Positions 1-12,901 of a DNA stretch of 64,000 nt are shown piece by piece; position 1 is the first letter of the stretch, and each line of letters begins with the position of its first letter. The DNA lies in assembly GCF_009914755.1 (NCBI RefSeq), contig NC_060929.1; one strand, 5' to 3'. The notes below the pieces were generated by a model. It saw only the letters and a program-made list of their open reading frames with translations. It searched no databases and was not told the DNA's origin. Both the position numbers and the translations under genes were made by a program. The DNA comes from the human T2T-CHM13v2.0 reference genome, Homo sapiens.

Positions 1-190
1 GACAGTAAGTCAAAGTGGAAAGAGAAATGCCCTTAACCAATTGTGATTAAGAGATACTACTTTTGCAGATTTTACAAAAACTTATGAACATATTGCTAAG
101 GCATTTTCCAGGACCTTGAAAAGGGCCCACGCAAGTGAAGAGCCTTGAAGCTTAACATTCATTAGTTTCATCAAAAATTAAGTCCTGCTA
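1..190 (-). mobile_element. hAT-Tip100-type DNA transposon fragment (Zaphod/MER115-like)
   Basis: The reverse complement reads ...GATGAAACTAATGAATGTTAAGCTTCAAGGCTCTTCACTTGCGTGGGCCC..., related to the element at 29150-29335. Subfamily from recall. Confidence 0.5.
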
Positions 191-800
191 CTGATATTTT
201 AGTGGAATATACAGAGGAGAAGGAAGTAAACACTGGTACTTAGCCCCCCATCTAGCAGCAGAAGTTTCTTGGATGTCTTTTTAAAAGTACTTTTTATTAT
301 GAAAAATTCCAAGCATACACAAAAGTAGTAAGAATAATATAATGAATACTCATGGTACTCATCATCCAGCTTCTGTTTGTTTGGACACTTTCAATTCAAG
401 AAATTGTAGGAGATAAATACAAATATGAATAAGATATGGCCTATGCCCTCATGTATGTATCTATTATAGTAAAGAAGACAAGACATGAGGCCAACACATG
501 GCAATGTAATACTACCTAAAGGAGAACAATAAGCCATGGAAGCAGAGATGACCTCTGGCCAGGGATGACCAGTAAGGGCTTCAAGGAAGACATGGTCTAG
601 GCAAAAAACAAGTACACATTTTAACTTGTCGACGCTGAGACAGAATTGAGATATCTAAAATACATATTTTCTGGGTTTTTACCCTGGAGCTCCTCTTGAC
701 ATTTAGGAAATAATCCAACCTCCTTACTATCTATCTAGACCTCTAACTGGATACTCAGATTCATTCAGATTTAAGTATCATGTATTGAGTGCTTGCCAAG

Positions 801-1220
801 TGTGACGGCTAATTTTATGTGTCAACTTGACTGGGCTAAGGGACGCCCAAATAAGTGATAAAATATTATGTCTGGGTGTGTCTGTGAGGGTGTCTCAGAA
901 AGAGAGTAGCATTTGAATTCATAGACTGAATAAAGAAGATCTCCCTCACCAATGTGGGTGAGCATCTTCTCCTGCCTTGGACGTTAACTCTCCTGTTTTT
1001 TCGAGCTTTCAGACTCAAACCGGCATTCATACTGTCAGCACCCTGATTATCAGGCCTTCAGACTCAGACTGAATTACACCACTAGCTTTTCTGGTTCTCC
1101 AGCTTATGGATGGCAGATTGTGGGATTTCTTGGCTTCTATAACCACATGAGCCAATTTTTATAATAAATCTCATATATATTCTAGTGGTTCTGTTTCTTT
1201 GGAGAACCCTAAATAATGCA
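801..1220 (+). mobile_element. MLT2 (ERVL) solo LTR inserted in a MIR
   Basis: TG...CA ends, TAATTTTATGTGTCAACTTGACTGGGCTAAGGG start, AATAAA at ~1163, GGTTCTGTTTCTTTGGAGAACCCT end. Near-perfect 5-bp TSD CCAAG/CCAGG. MIR sequence continues on both sides. Confidence 0.8.
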
Positions 1221-1705
1221 CCAGGTGCTGGTCATTTTCATATGTACCATTTCATTTAATCCTCACAACACAACAAGCCTGAGATAGATATTATAAGCAC
1301 CATGTCTGAAGATGAGAAGAAAAATCCAGAGAGACAACTTGTATAAAGCTGCACAGATTAAAAAAAAAAAACATAACTAAGCCCAGAAATTCTAACTTCA
1401 AGTGTTTTTTATCACCTACCCCTTCATGGTACTTTTATTAAATTTTCAAAATACTTCCCCATTTCACAAACCTTCAGTGGCTCTCAGTCACTACATGATG
1501 AAATTAAATGTCCTTAGTTTACCATTTTCCATTCTCTACAATCCAGTTTGGTTTTCCTTCAACTTTATTTTCCATTTGTAAGACTATGTCTTAATTCTCT
1601 TACTGTGTTTAGGAGATTGCCCTCCTCATGAAGCAGAAATTCCCTCTCACTATCGAAATTAGAAGTTCATATGCTCATTTTCCTGGCCTTCCTATCAATT
1701 AGCAC

Positions 1706-2212
1706 TGTGCTGTCAAACATGGTAGCCACTGGCCACACGTGGCTACTGAGCACTTGACGTATGTCTAGTGCCACATGTTGAAATATTTTGGATATATTGG
1801 GTTAAATAAAATATATTATTAAAATTGGTTTCACCTGGTTTTTGTTTTGCTTTAGAGTCAGGGTCTCCCCCCCGTCACCCAGGCTGGAGTGCAGTGTCAC
1901 AATCGTAGCTCACCGCAGCCTGGAACTCCTGGGCTCAAGTGATCCTCCGGCTTCAGGTTCCTGAGTAACTAGGACTACAGGCATGCACCACCATGCCCAG
2001 CTAATATTTTTTTGTAGAGACAATGTCTTACTATATTACCCAGGCTGGTCTCAAATTCCTGGTCTAAAGCAATCTTCCCATCTCAGCCTCCCAAACTGCT
2101 TGGATTAGAGGCTGGTTTTTTGTTTTTGTTTTTGTTTTTAAACTGTCTTATGTGGCTACTAGAAAATTTAAAATTATGTATGTGGCTTGCATTATATTTC
2201 TATCAGACAGCA
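1706..2212. mobile_element. MER3/MER33-like hAT-Charlie element split by an Alu
   Basis: GTGCTGTC...GACAGCA termini and internal GTAGCCACTGGCCACACGTGGCTAC palindrome. Confidence 0.7.
1838..2115 (-). mobile_element. Alu (AluJ-like)
   Basis: CCCAGGCTGGAGTGCAGTG...CTCCTGGGCTCAAG antisense Alu dimer. Confidence 0.9.
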
Positions 2213-2982
2213 TGTAGGTAGAGTGTTAATGTGTTACTAGGTTATATCCATGATTTGCCCCCATTCTAGGCTTGAGGTTGAAAGCTAATGTTGTGAATAT
2301 GAAGTGACCCTCCATTCTGTTGAGAGTAGTGGCAGTGATAGTAACTGCATCTATCTTCCAGAAGCAGCAGAGGCATCATCCACTCTGGGTCAAGTGGTAC
2401 TGGCAGTCTCAGTTTTGGTATTTGCATCCAGCAGTGGCTACAGTGATGGCTTCTTGGGACCAGTTCCGGGCATAATGTTGCGTGTTGTTCCTGAAGATCC
2501 TGTAGATGTCAAATATCCTTCTAATAAATTCCTTTTCTGCTAAGGCCCTTCATGAAGTCTCCCTCTCCACCCCAGTCCACAGGATCCTTCCCTTTTTCAG
2601 CATCAATAGTGAATAAGATCCAAACCACGCACTTGGCACTTTGCCCATACTATTTATCTTATCATAGGAAAGTGTCTAGTTTTCTCAGCCAGACTGTAAA
2701 ATTCCCTGTGGCAGGAACCCTGTCTTTACATAATTGTTTCTTAGTATCTGTCAGACCTTGGTCACAGCATCACTGGAGGAATACTTGTTAGTTACCACTG
2801 CAGATCTTTGAAGTAGGCAGGGTGGCTGTCATTATCTCTGTTTGTACAGATGAGGAAACTGTTGTTCAGCGACTGGCTTGAGGTTGTGCAGCTGGCTTGC
2901 TCATACTGGAGCGGTAGCTCAAGCCTTCTCACTGCCTGCCAACATCTCTTTCCTCTATTTCAGGCCCTGCCAGATAAAATGG

Positions 2983-3443
2983 TGTATTAATTTCATAGAG
3001 CTGTTATAACAAAGTACCACAGATTGGGTGGCTTAAAACAACAGACATTTATTGACTCAGAGTTCTGAAAGTTATAAATCCAAAGTCAAGGTGTCCACAG
3101 GGCCATGTTCCCTCTGAAACCTGTAGGAAAGTCCATGCATGCCTCTTCCTAGCTTCTGATGGTTTGTTGGCAGTCTTTGGCATTCCTTGGCTTGTAGCTG
3201 CATAACTCCAATCTGCCTTTGTCCTCATCTGGCATCCTCACGTTCTGTCTATGTCTTCACACGGTCATCTTCTTAAAGGGACAGTAGTCATGGTGGGTTA
3301 TCCTACCCTATTGCAGTATGACCTCATTTTATCTTAATTATATCTGCAATAATTTTATTTCAAAATAAGGGTACATTGTTTGGTACTGAAAGTCAGAACT
3401 TCAACATACCTTTTTTCGGAGTAGTACAATTCAGTCTCTAACA
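2983..3443 (-). mobile_element. MaLR LTR (MLT1)
   Basis: ATAACAAAGTACCACAGATTGGGTGGCTTAAAACAACAGACATTTATT...GTATGACCTCAT hallmark MLT1 motifs. Confidence 0.8.
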
Positions 3444-4629
3444 GATGGTAACCATAAGAGAAGTAAATACCATAGAAACTGAAGACTTTGTCTTGTTTCT
3501 AGGATTTATTCCAAGGATTACATTGTAGTGAGGTAGAAGGCGGGGAAGTGTTTTCAAGTATATATTCCTACCTACTACTTGATTTGCATATGGACTGATA
3601 GGGCTTGGTTGAAGAGCATATGTTATGGGTTCAGTGAATCTCTTCTCTCATATAAGGACTAAATGGCCCCCACAGATAAGATGCCAGCCCCATCCTTTCT
3701 GGCAGGTCTCCCCAGCCATCCTGAGGCAGCTATCCCATTTAGAGGGGAAATGATGGTGTGTAATTCTGATAAGTCAATGGAAGAAGAGGTTGTTGCAGTG
3801 AGCCTATAACTCTTTTCCAGAAGGGTCTTTGGGGGTCTAAGGTATCAGCTGGGTCCTAGATGGGCCAGCAAGTCCCATCTAGGCACATTGAGAAGCCTAA
3901 CCAATAGATGCAGCTAGCCTTTAGACTATGTATCCATTTTGCTGGTATTTCTTCTTTTCCTTTAATGAAAATATATATGTTATTAATAAAAATAAATACA
4001 GAATTTAAAAAACATTAAAAGGAAAATGCTAAAATGAATTCTGCTCTAGTTCAAAAGAAAAGAACGACAGTAGTTTCCAGGCAGGCCCTTTGAGGTCCTA
4101 CACAGGGATAGTAATACGACTGGGACCCTTAAGTGGGGGTAACTGAATGAAATCTCTAATGAAAGCCTGCTAATGACACAGAATCAAATCTCTGAGTAAG
4201 CCTGTCTCCAAATCCAATTTCTCTAGATGGGAAGGGCATGGGCTTTATGGTCAGCACTATCCCTTAATGTGAGACCTTGGGCAAGGGACTTAATCTCTCT
4301 GAATTTGCCCATGTATAAAAGTGAGGATAATTATCTAGCAGGGCTGTGGTGAGGATTTCATATCTAACATAGTTCACAGCACATATAATAGGGATTGCAT
4401 TAACTTGAAGCCTTCCTTCTCTCCATACTACAACATATGTAATATAAACCCTGCCCACTGCCCCACAATCACCCACCCTTCTCCATCCCATCTGCTCTCT
4501 CTCCAACCTTCCTACTTATATTCTAGCTGAGGAGACATATAAATAAGAAGTGACTTGCATTTCATTTTAAAAACCAAGTGAAACCAATATAGTACACCAC
4601 CAACTACTTAGATGCTGACAAACTTCCAC

Positions 4630-5560
4630 ACTTATTAAATCAACAAACACTGAGTGACAGAGCACTCATGCCAGGTATGGTGCTATGCACTGTGTATTCA
4701 TTGGTAAGCAAAACGTATTCCCTGTCTTATGGAGTCGACTGTTTAGTGTGGAGGCAGTGAAGAAACAAAACATAGATCATTTAAAAACATATTGAGTACC
4801 ATGGAAGAAATGATAAGGTGCAATGATTGAGAATAATAAGGAAGACAGGGGAAAATTTATTATTCTTAGGAAGGACGGTCTTTCTGAGGTGATATTTAAA
4901 CTGAAACTTGAAAGATAAGAAGTTAGACATTTAAAGAACAAGAAGAAGTGTCTTCTAGGTAGTCAAGGGGGCATATACAAACCAGAAAGGCAGTCGGGAG
5001 CTAGAAGTGTTTGAAGAGGAGTAGTGGGGGCTAGGGGAGACAGCGTCAACAACATACAAGGGCCATTTTGAATAAAATCCAACTTCTTACCATGACCTGG
5101 AGGCCCTACCTGATTTGGCCTCTGCCTACCCCGACCACATCTCCTTCCCACTGTCCATGTCACCTATTCTTTCTGTCCCTCTTTCATGTCAGACTTGCTA
5201 CCACCTCAGGATCTGTTCTGTTGTTCCCTCTGTCTGAAAGCTTTTGCCCCAGATCTTCCAGTGGCTCCTGGGCCCCCATGGTCAGTCAGGCTTCAGATTA
5301 AATGTCAACTCTGGAGAAAGATCACTAATCACCACCTCTCACTGTCCATCATCTTTCTGTGTGGTTTGCTCTCTTCCTATCCCTTATCACCATCAAACAT
5401 TCTTTTGTTGACTGTCTTTTATTGTCTATTCTTTCACACTAGAATGTAAGTTCCGTGAGTTTATTGTATTTCCTATTGCTGTAAATCTAGAGCCTGAAAC
5501 AGTATCTAGTATATATCGGAAACCCAAATGATATTGTTCAATTAATGTTGAATGAAATGA
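4630..5560. mobile_element. Degenerate L2 (LINE-2) fragments
   Basis: TCAACAAACACTGAGTG...GCCAGG and the L2 3' end ...TGTTGAATGAAATGAA at ~5547-5562. Confidence 0.6.
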
Positions 5561-6085
5561 AACTGAAGAGGTAATCCAAGGTAAAGAACTTATCAAACTG
5601 TGTGAGACAAACAAGGATTTCCCGGAAGAGGTGTTTTTAAATTAAAACTACAGGGTGGTAGTGAGAGGTGGTAGGGAAGCAGAGGTCGCAGCTACAAAAT
5701 AATAACTTGCTCATCTCCGTTTCTCCGCTATCTTATGAGCCCTTGTGGGGCTGGGACAGAATTTTATTCATCTTTCTATCATCAGCGTCTAGTACGGGGA
5801 GTAGCAAATAGTGAGCACTCGATAGATGTTTGCGGAATAATGGACTAGTGTGTGCAGAAGGATCTATTAACTGGGCTGCAGCACAATTCAGAGAAGGCCA
5901 GTAAGTGCTGCAACTGAGACTCGGCTGCCTAGGCAGCAATGGCTCACGGGACAGAACAGCGAAGCAGTGCCCGGCAAGCGGAGCGCAGCACCCATTGCGC
6001 CTGCGCATAACAGGCTCTAGTCTCCGGGCTGTGGGAAGCCAGCAACACCTCTCACGCATGCGCATTGTAGTCTTCCCACCTCCCA

Positions 6086-6096
6086 CAAGATGGCGG
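6086..6096 (+). promoter_or_regulatory. APC: YY1 binding site of promoter 1B (GAPPS variant hotspot), reference alleles present
   Basis: CAAGATGGCGG matches the YY1 consensus. Counting back from ATG 6282 gives -195=A(6087), -192=A(6090), -191=T(6091), -190=G(6092) and -125=A(6157), the reference bases at the known GAPPS/FAP promoter 1B variant positions. Confidence 0.9.
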
Positions 6097-6281
6097 AGGG
6101 CAAGTAGCAAGGGGGCGGGGTGTGGCCGCCGGAAGCCTAGCCGCTGCTCGGGGGGGACCTGCGGGCTCAGGCCCGGGAGCTGCGGACCGAGGTTGGCTCG
6201 ATGCTGTTCCCAGGTACTGTTGTTGGCTGTTGGTGAGGAAGGTGAAGCACTCAGTTGCCTTCTCGGGCCTCGGCGCCCCCT

Positions 6282-6446
6282 ATGTACGCCTCCCTGGGCT
6301 CGGGTCCGGTCGCCCCTTTGCCCGCTTCTGTACCACCCTCAGTTCTCGGGTCCTGGAGCACCGGCGGCAGCAGGAGCTGCGTCCGGCAGGAGACGAAGAG
6401 CCCGGGCGGCGCTCGTACTTCTGGCCACTGGGCGAGCGTCTGGCAG
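6282..6446 (+). CDS. APC: APC 1B-isoform N-terminal coding segment, 55 aa MYASLGSGPVAPLPASVPPSVLGSWSTGGSRSCVRQETKSPGGARTSGHWASVWQ
   Basis: ATG 6282 to donor at 6446 is 165 nt (phase 0) and lies inside ORF 6255..6764. Recognised as the N-terminus of the APC isoform that skips the 53454-53606 exon. Confidence 0.92.
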
Positions 6447-8177
6447 GTGAGTGAGGCTGCAGGCATTGACGTCTCCTCCCGGCAAAGCTTCCTCGGCTTT
6501 GCCCCGCCGCTGCTCGGGACCCTACGGTGCTCGGCCCGACTCTGTGGCTCTCTTCTCTCCATGTCTCACCCTCTCCCCTCCCCGCACTCCCCATTCAGGC
6601 CTCCAGTTGGCCCCTGGCTTTGCAGGTCCTCCATTCTCACGCAGTGGATGGGGGTCGCGACGCCCGCCGTCCTCCACCTTTCCTGGCTGCTGCTGGAGCT
6701 TCGCCCCTGCAAGTGGTGCCCCATTCGCGTTAGGTGGGTGGGTCGTCCGCCCTTCCCATTTTAGTCGCTTCCCCATCTTCCTCGTTTGGACCCTCTTGCT
6801 TCCTCTAAAAGTTTTAAACTCTCTGCCTGGGAAAATACCTGATAGCCCGGCATGTGGAGTTACAAAGAAAGGGCTGTTATCCAAAGGCCGGTGAATTTTG
6901 TTCACTTTGATGGGAGAATCAAGTCCCCAGGAGCCTTGGATGGTTAGGTCAGAGTCTGACTCCTTGACCCACCAAGTAGAGGAATGGTGCCTCTGTTGGC
7001 AAATGATTGTTCATCTAAATCATTCATTTTTTTCGGCTGTAGGAAATCTTTGGTCTCTGAACTGTTGAGGTGGGGGCGTGAGCTTTCTAGATCTAGTGAA
7101 AGAATTGGAAACTGTTATATTCGTTTTAAAAAAGAAGACCTTATGCAGTACATGTAAGACATCACTTAATGGTACAAGCAAGGATAAGTGATTTATTCTT
7201 TTATTCAGTGTTAGCTTAAATTGCCTACTGACGTCTTAGAATTCCATGTTGTACAAGCCCTTTGTTTCTATTTAGAAAGGACTAAAATGGAGAAAAGCTT
7301 TTTAAGTTCAAAACTTCTTAAATTGCTTGTATTCTCGATTGTTGTTACTGTTCAACCCTCCTTAGGAGTACTTGATATTTTCTATATGATTTAGTCTTGT
7401 GCCAGTCTCAGTACTCCCTCCTTTATTAGTGGAGCAAGGGTAGTCAGAATTACTGGTGTAAAAAACTGTCCTAAATAACGTAGTACCTTGCCAGAGTCTA
7501 AGTGCAAAATGTGGGATCAAAGCGGTAGTGGAGGAAGTTGCCATGGCTAATTTTTCCATCTTTCCCTGGATGGAAGGGTTGGATAACGTGTCAAGAGCCC
7601 CAAAATTGTAGAAGTGAGATTAAAAATATAAATGATAGCTTGCCCTTTGAAATTGCAAATGGGTGGACCTTTTTTATTAACATTAAATTGAGCAATATCG
7701 TTTTCTTGAAGTTATGCTAGATGTTCTCCAAAGTTGTTAAGCACAAACTATGCCTGCTGTATTAGAATTGTATGTTAAAAATTTTTAACGTGTGGGTTAT
7801 AAATAGCCTGGCAGATTTGTTTACTTTTCATTCTGTCTCATAACACATAATCTATTTTTCCCTTTACTGTGGACTTTTGACCTTTTAATGCATTTTTAAA
7901 ATTTAGAGATAGAATTGTTCAGCTTAAAAGAAGGAGGAATATTTTTATGTTTGCTTCTTGTATGGGCTAGTTCATTCGTTGCTAGCCTTCACTTTTCTAG
8001 AACCAGAGCCTGTGTGTTTTTAGAGCTGGTTGTCTCTGAATTCTCTGCATACAGTTTGAAGGGGCAGTAGCAAAGCAGGGGTTGCTGAGCCCCAATCAGT
8101 GGCTCACTGCTTCTGGCAAAATGATTTGTAGCTCTGTATCAAAAAACATCTGACCACAAACTCTTTAAAACCTCTCA

Positions 8178-8641
<464 letters not shown>

Positions 8642-9620
8642 TTACTAAGCTCCTATTGATGGCCTAGAATGCTTCACTTTCTGTAGACTTACCTTTCCAG
8701 TCCCCAATCCTAAATAAGCCTCGCTAGCTTTACCAGTTTGACCCCTGAAATTCTGAGGGACATCAGAGACAGCTATGTGAGGATATTGGTCAGTTTTTAT
8801 GCCAGTTGGTGCTCTCTGCTGGGTCTCTAGTGTTGTGTTCCTTTTCTTCTCATTTCCTCAGGTTTTTATAGCAAATAACTTAATCTCTTCCTTTGCTGAG
8901 AAAAATCTCAACCATCTGAGGTATATTTCCACTTCACTTTTTTCATCTCAGTGTCATCTCTTTATATATATATATCTCAGAGGAAGAAATGACCTTCTTT
9001 CTTTTCAAGAGCAACCCCCTCCCTCCAGATGTGTCCATGTACCCTTTCCCATCTTTCTTTCTCTAGAAACTGTCCATTTTCACTTCCTGTCCACCTTCTT
9101 CAGCCTCTCCCTCTCTAGCCTACATAGATGCTTGTATCTTCTGCCATATAAGTGTGTGTGCTGTTCAACTCTAGGAGGACGTTCTAAAGCTTGAGTCTGC
9201 TATGCCACTGTATTTCTATTCTTTTCTTTAAAGACTTATTCTTTCATCCCAGGAAGCTGTTATAGTAGGAAGAACATTGACTTTTGAGCAAGATAGAACT
9301 TTTGATCTGGGTTTTTGAAGTCTTTTAAAACCACTTTAGTAGCTGTGTAACTGTGGGTATGTTACTATTCAGATTTCATTCTGTATCTATAAAATATGTT
9401 ATACTTAGCTCACAGGGTGGTGGTTAAAGAAATTAATACATGTTAAATGTCCATCCAAGTGTTTGGTACATTGTAGAGTTCTTACTAAATGCTTCTGTGC
9501 TTTGCACTCGTACTGCCTTTACCATTTCACCACTGAAACTACTGTTTTAAAAGTTATCTGTGACCTCCGAATCACCAAATCCAATGACGTTTCCTCTGTC
9601 ATCCTTGGTTTCCTTAGACC

Positions 9621-9973
9621 CAGGGGTCCCCAAACCCCAGGCTGCAGACAGGTATCAGTCCTTGGCTTGTTTGGTGTTAGGAACTGGGCAGCATAGCAGG
9701 AGGTGAGCAGCAGGGGAGCAAGCATTACCACCTGAGCTCCACCTCCTGGCAGATCAGTGGCGGCATTAGATTCTCATAGTAGTGCCAACCTTGTTTTGAA
9801 CTGCACATGCAAGGGATCAGGGTTGCATGTTCTTTATGAGAATCTAACTAATGCCTGATGATCTGAGGTGGAACATTTTCATCCTGAAACCATCCCCCAC
9901 CCAACTCCTGTCCCATGGAAAAATTGTCTTCCACAAAACCATTCCCTGGTGCCAAAAAGGTTGGGGACTGCTG
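9621..9973 (+). mobile_element. MER1B-like hAT-Charlie DNA transposon
   Basis: Terminal inverted repeats CAGGGGTCCCCAA...TTGGGGACTGCTG and ~8-bp TSD CCTTAGAC/CCTTAGAT. Confidence 0.85.
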
Positions 9974-10136
9974 CCTTAGATCAGTTGTGAAATATACTGT
10001 CTTCTGTAGTCATAAAACGATCTAGATTTCTTGGCTTTTCTGCATTATACTTCCTGATTCTGTATTTCTCAGGAAGTTTCTTCACATTTTCCTTTTATCA
10101 GTTAGGCTGCAAATGGGATTTAAAAATGAAAGATAA

Positions 10137-10300
10137 GCTGGGCCATGGTGTCTCACACCTGTAATCCCAGCAGTTTTGGAAGGCCCAAGTGGGAGGATTG
10201 CTTGAGGGGCGGAGTTCAAGGCTGCAGTGAGCTATGATTGGGCCACTGCACTTCAGTCTGGGTGACAGAACGAGACCCCATCTCAAAAAAACAAAAAAAC
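10137..10300 (+). mobile_element. Alu monomer (FRAM-like)
   Basis: Single ~150-nt arm followed by an A tail. Confidence 0.8.
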
Positions 10301-10950
10301 CCAAAGAGATGTTTTGGCTCTTGCAATTGGCAAGTACATAGATAGAAGTGGCTTGAAGAGTGCTTTGTCATGTCATCAGGGCTAAGCTCCCATTTATCTG
10401 CTGTTCTCTCAACATTGTCCTTGTGTTTGGGCTTTAGACTTCCCTTCTAATAAAAAAAAAATTGCCACCAATGATGTTCATATTATAGCCCCTTCATTTA
10501 TTTCCAAAGAAAGAGAGAAGGCCACTTCTCCTAGCCTTTTCCCAAGAATCCTAAGCTCTAGTTTGATTAAACAAACATAGATCATGCTGCCAAACCTGTA
10601 ACAATATCTTTGTCTAGAGGGATGGAATTATCCTAAGTGGCTTAGCCAGTGGAGTGAATCTTACCTGAAAATAGAGACTGCAACACAATACGGGGAAGGG
10701 GTGGATCCTGGGGAAGTAACCAGTGTCCTCAAGGTTCCATATGCTTTTCACTGTGTTCTCTTGGTGATCATATCCTTTATGATATAAACCATCATTTCTG
10801 TGGGGCTGTTTCTTGGTTCTGTTAACTCCCTACTTCCATTTCCTCCTGTATATGTCTATCTTATATATACTACCCTAAGTTTAACTCATACTAAACTGAG
10901 TCAGTTTGATCTCTTCACCAACCCTCACCTAGTGTGTGTGTGCACATATA

Positions 10951-11253
10951 TGTTTTGTTGTTTGTGAGACCGACGGGGTTTCACTCTGCCACCCAGACTG
11001 GCATGTAGTGGCATAATCACAACTCACTGTAACCTAGACCTCTCAGGCTCAAGCAGTCCTCCCATCTCAGCCCTTAGCCTCCTGAGTAACTAGGACTACA
11101 GGTGTGCATCACCACACCCAGCCCTTTTTTTTTTTTTTTTAAGCGACCGGGGCTTGCTGTATTCCCCAGGCTGGTGTCAAACTCCTGGGCTCAAGTGATC
11201 CACCTGGGATTCTCAAAGTGCTGGGACTGCAGGCATGAGCCACTGCACCCAGC
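10951..11253 (-). mobile_element. Alu (AluJ-like)
   Basis: Antisense dimer with a T-rich linker at ~11124-11140. Confidence 0.9.
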
Positions 11254-11453
11254 AGCATGTGCGCGTTTGTATTCCTCTTCCCCCGATTTCTCTTTTCTAA
11301 CTACCTCTCTCTCAACAACCCAGTCTTGAAATCTTTCAGAAATCTTGGTTCTTCTCCCACTGTCAATCACGTGTCAGATCTTGAATATATCTTGTTTAGT
11401 TAGGCCCCCAAGTTGTATAATACCCAGTTAACATTGATTTAAACAGTATCTCG

Positions 11454-11761
<308 letters not shown>

Positions 11762-12244
11762 TCACATAAAAAGTCCAGAAATGGAGTATTCCATGGTTAG
11801 TTTAGCTGTGCTATGATTTCATCAAGGATTCAGGTGCTTTCCATCTTTATGCTTGGCTATCCTTAGCATGCTTAACTTTGGGCTCAGACTTTGCCATCAT
11901 GGTTGCAGATGGCTCTGCTCCAGGCATCACATTCTCCAAAGACAGGTGGAAGTTTGTCCTTTCATCTCTTAATTAGGCAACTAAACCGTTCACAGAAGCC
12001 CTCTTTCCGATGTCCATCCTGGCGTGCCGCTGCTTTAATTACGAGGAGGCTGGGAAAATGAATATGTGGCATTTCAGTCTAGGAAGAGGGTAAGCAAATG
12101 GCTGATTAGAAGAAAACAGATGGTGTCAATGACAGTATTGTATGGAGAAATTTAAATAAATAAGAATTTTCAGATAATAGTGGCAAATTTAAAACACTGT
12201 TTACACCAAGAGTTAATATAAGCTGTACATAGGATTTCAGTGTT

Positions 12245-12564
<320 letters not shown>

Positions 12565-12714
12565 TGACTGGTTAAAAATGAATTATTATGTAAAATTAGA
12601 ATATTTCAGTGGTATATCCCAGTTTGTTTAAGACTGTGTTAAGTACATTTAAGCATATCTGTTGGAGCTACTGCAAGAAACAGGTATGTTATATGTAACA
12701 ACTATTGAAATAGA

Positions 12715-12901
12715 GTTGTGGTTCCCCTTGGGGATGGGAGATGTTTGGAAATACTATATGGGGACATTTTTGGTTGTCACAGTGACTGCGAGGTACTACT
12801 CATAATTATTAAGTAGAGGCCAGATACACTAATGTCCTGTGATGTTTGGAATGGTCCCACAAAACAGAATTGTCCTTTCAAAAATACCAGTAGTGCCCCT
12901 G
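12715..12901. mobile_element. MER20-like hAT-Charlie fragment
   Basis: GGGACATTTTTGGTTGTCACA...GTAGAGGCCAG...CCCACAAAACAGAATTGTCC. Confidence 0.6.

Larger units (their letters stand above)
1600..2545 (+). mobile_element. Old ERVL LTR (LTR33-like) interrupted by MER3-like and Alu insertions
   Basis: LTR33-like 5' segment 1600-1700 and 3' end AATATCCTTCTAATAAATTCCTTTTCTGCT at ~2515-2541. Confidence 0.55.
6069..6446 (+). other. APC: APC exon 1B (alternative first exon)
   Basis: Ends at a strong donor TGGCAG|GTGAGT (6447). A candidate internal donor CAG|GTACTG lies after 6213. 5' end approximate. Confidence 0.88.
5930..6800 (+). promoter_or_regulatory. APC: APC promoter 1B CpG island
   Basis: Abrupt rise in GC/CpG. 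TATA-less. NRF1-like TGCGCCTGCGCA (5996-6007) and CGCATGCGCA (6055-6064), YY1 CAAGATGGCGG (6086-6096), GC box GGGGGCGGGG (6111-6120), ETS CCGGAAG (6129-6135). Confidence 0.92.

Noticed and set aside
240-262. CTCF-like CTGCTAGATGGGGG on the minus strand
   Set aside because: Mismatches at key core positions; too weak to call without ChIP data.
5733-6905. Multiple overlapping long ORFs on both strands at promoter 1B
   Set aside because: Stop-poor GC-rich CpG island. Only 6282-6446 matches a real APC segment with a proper donor.
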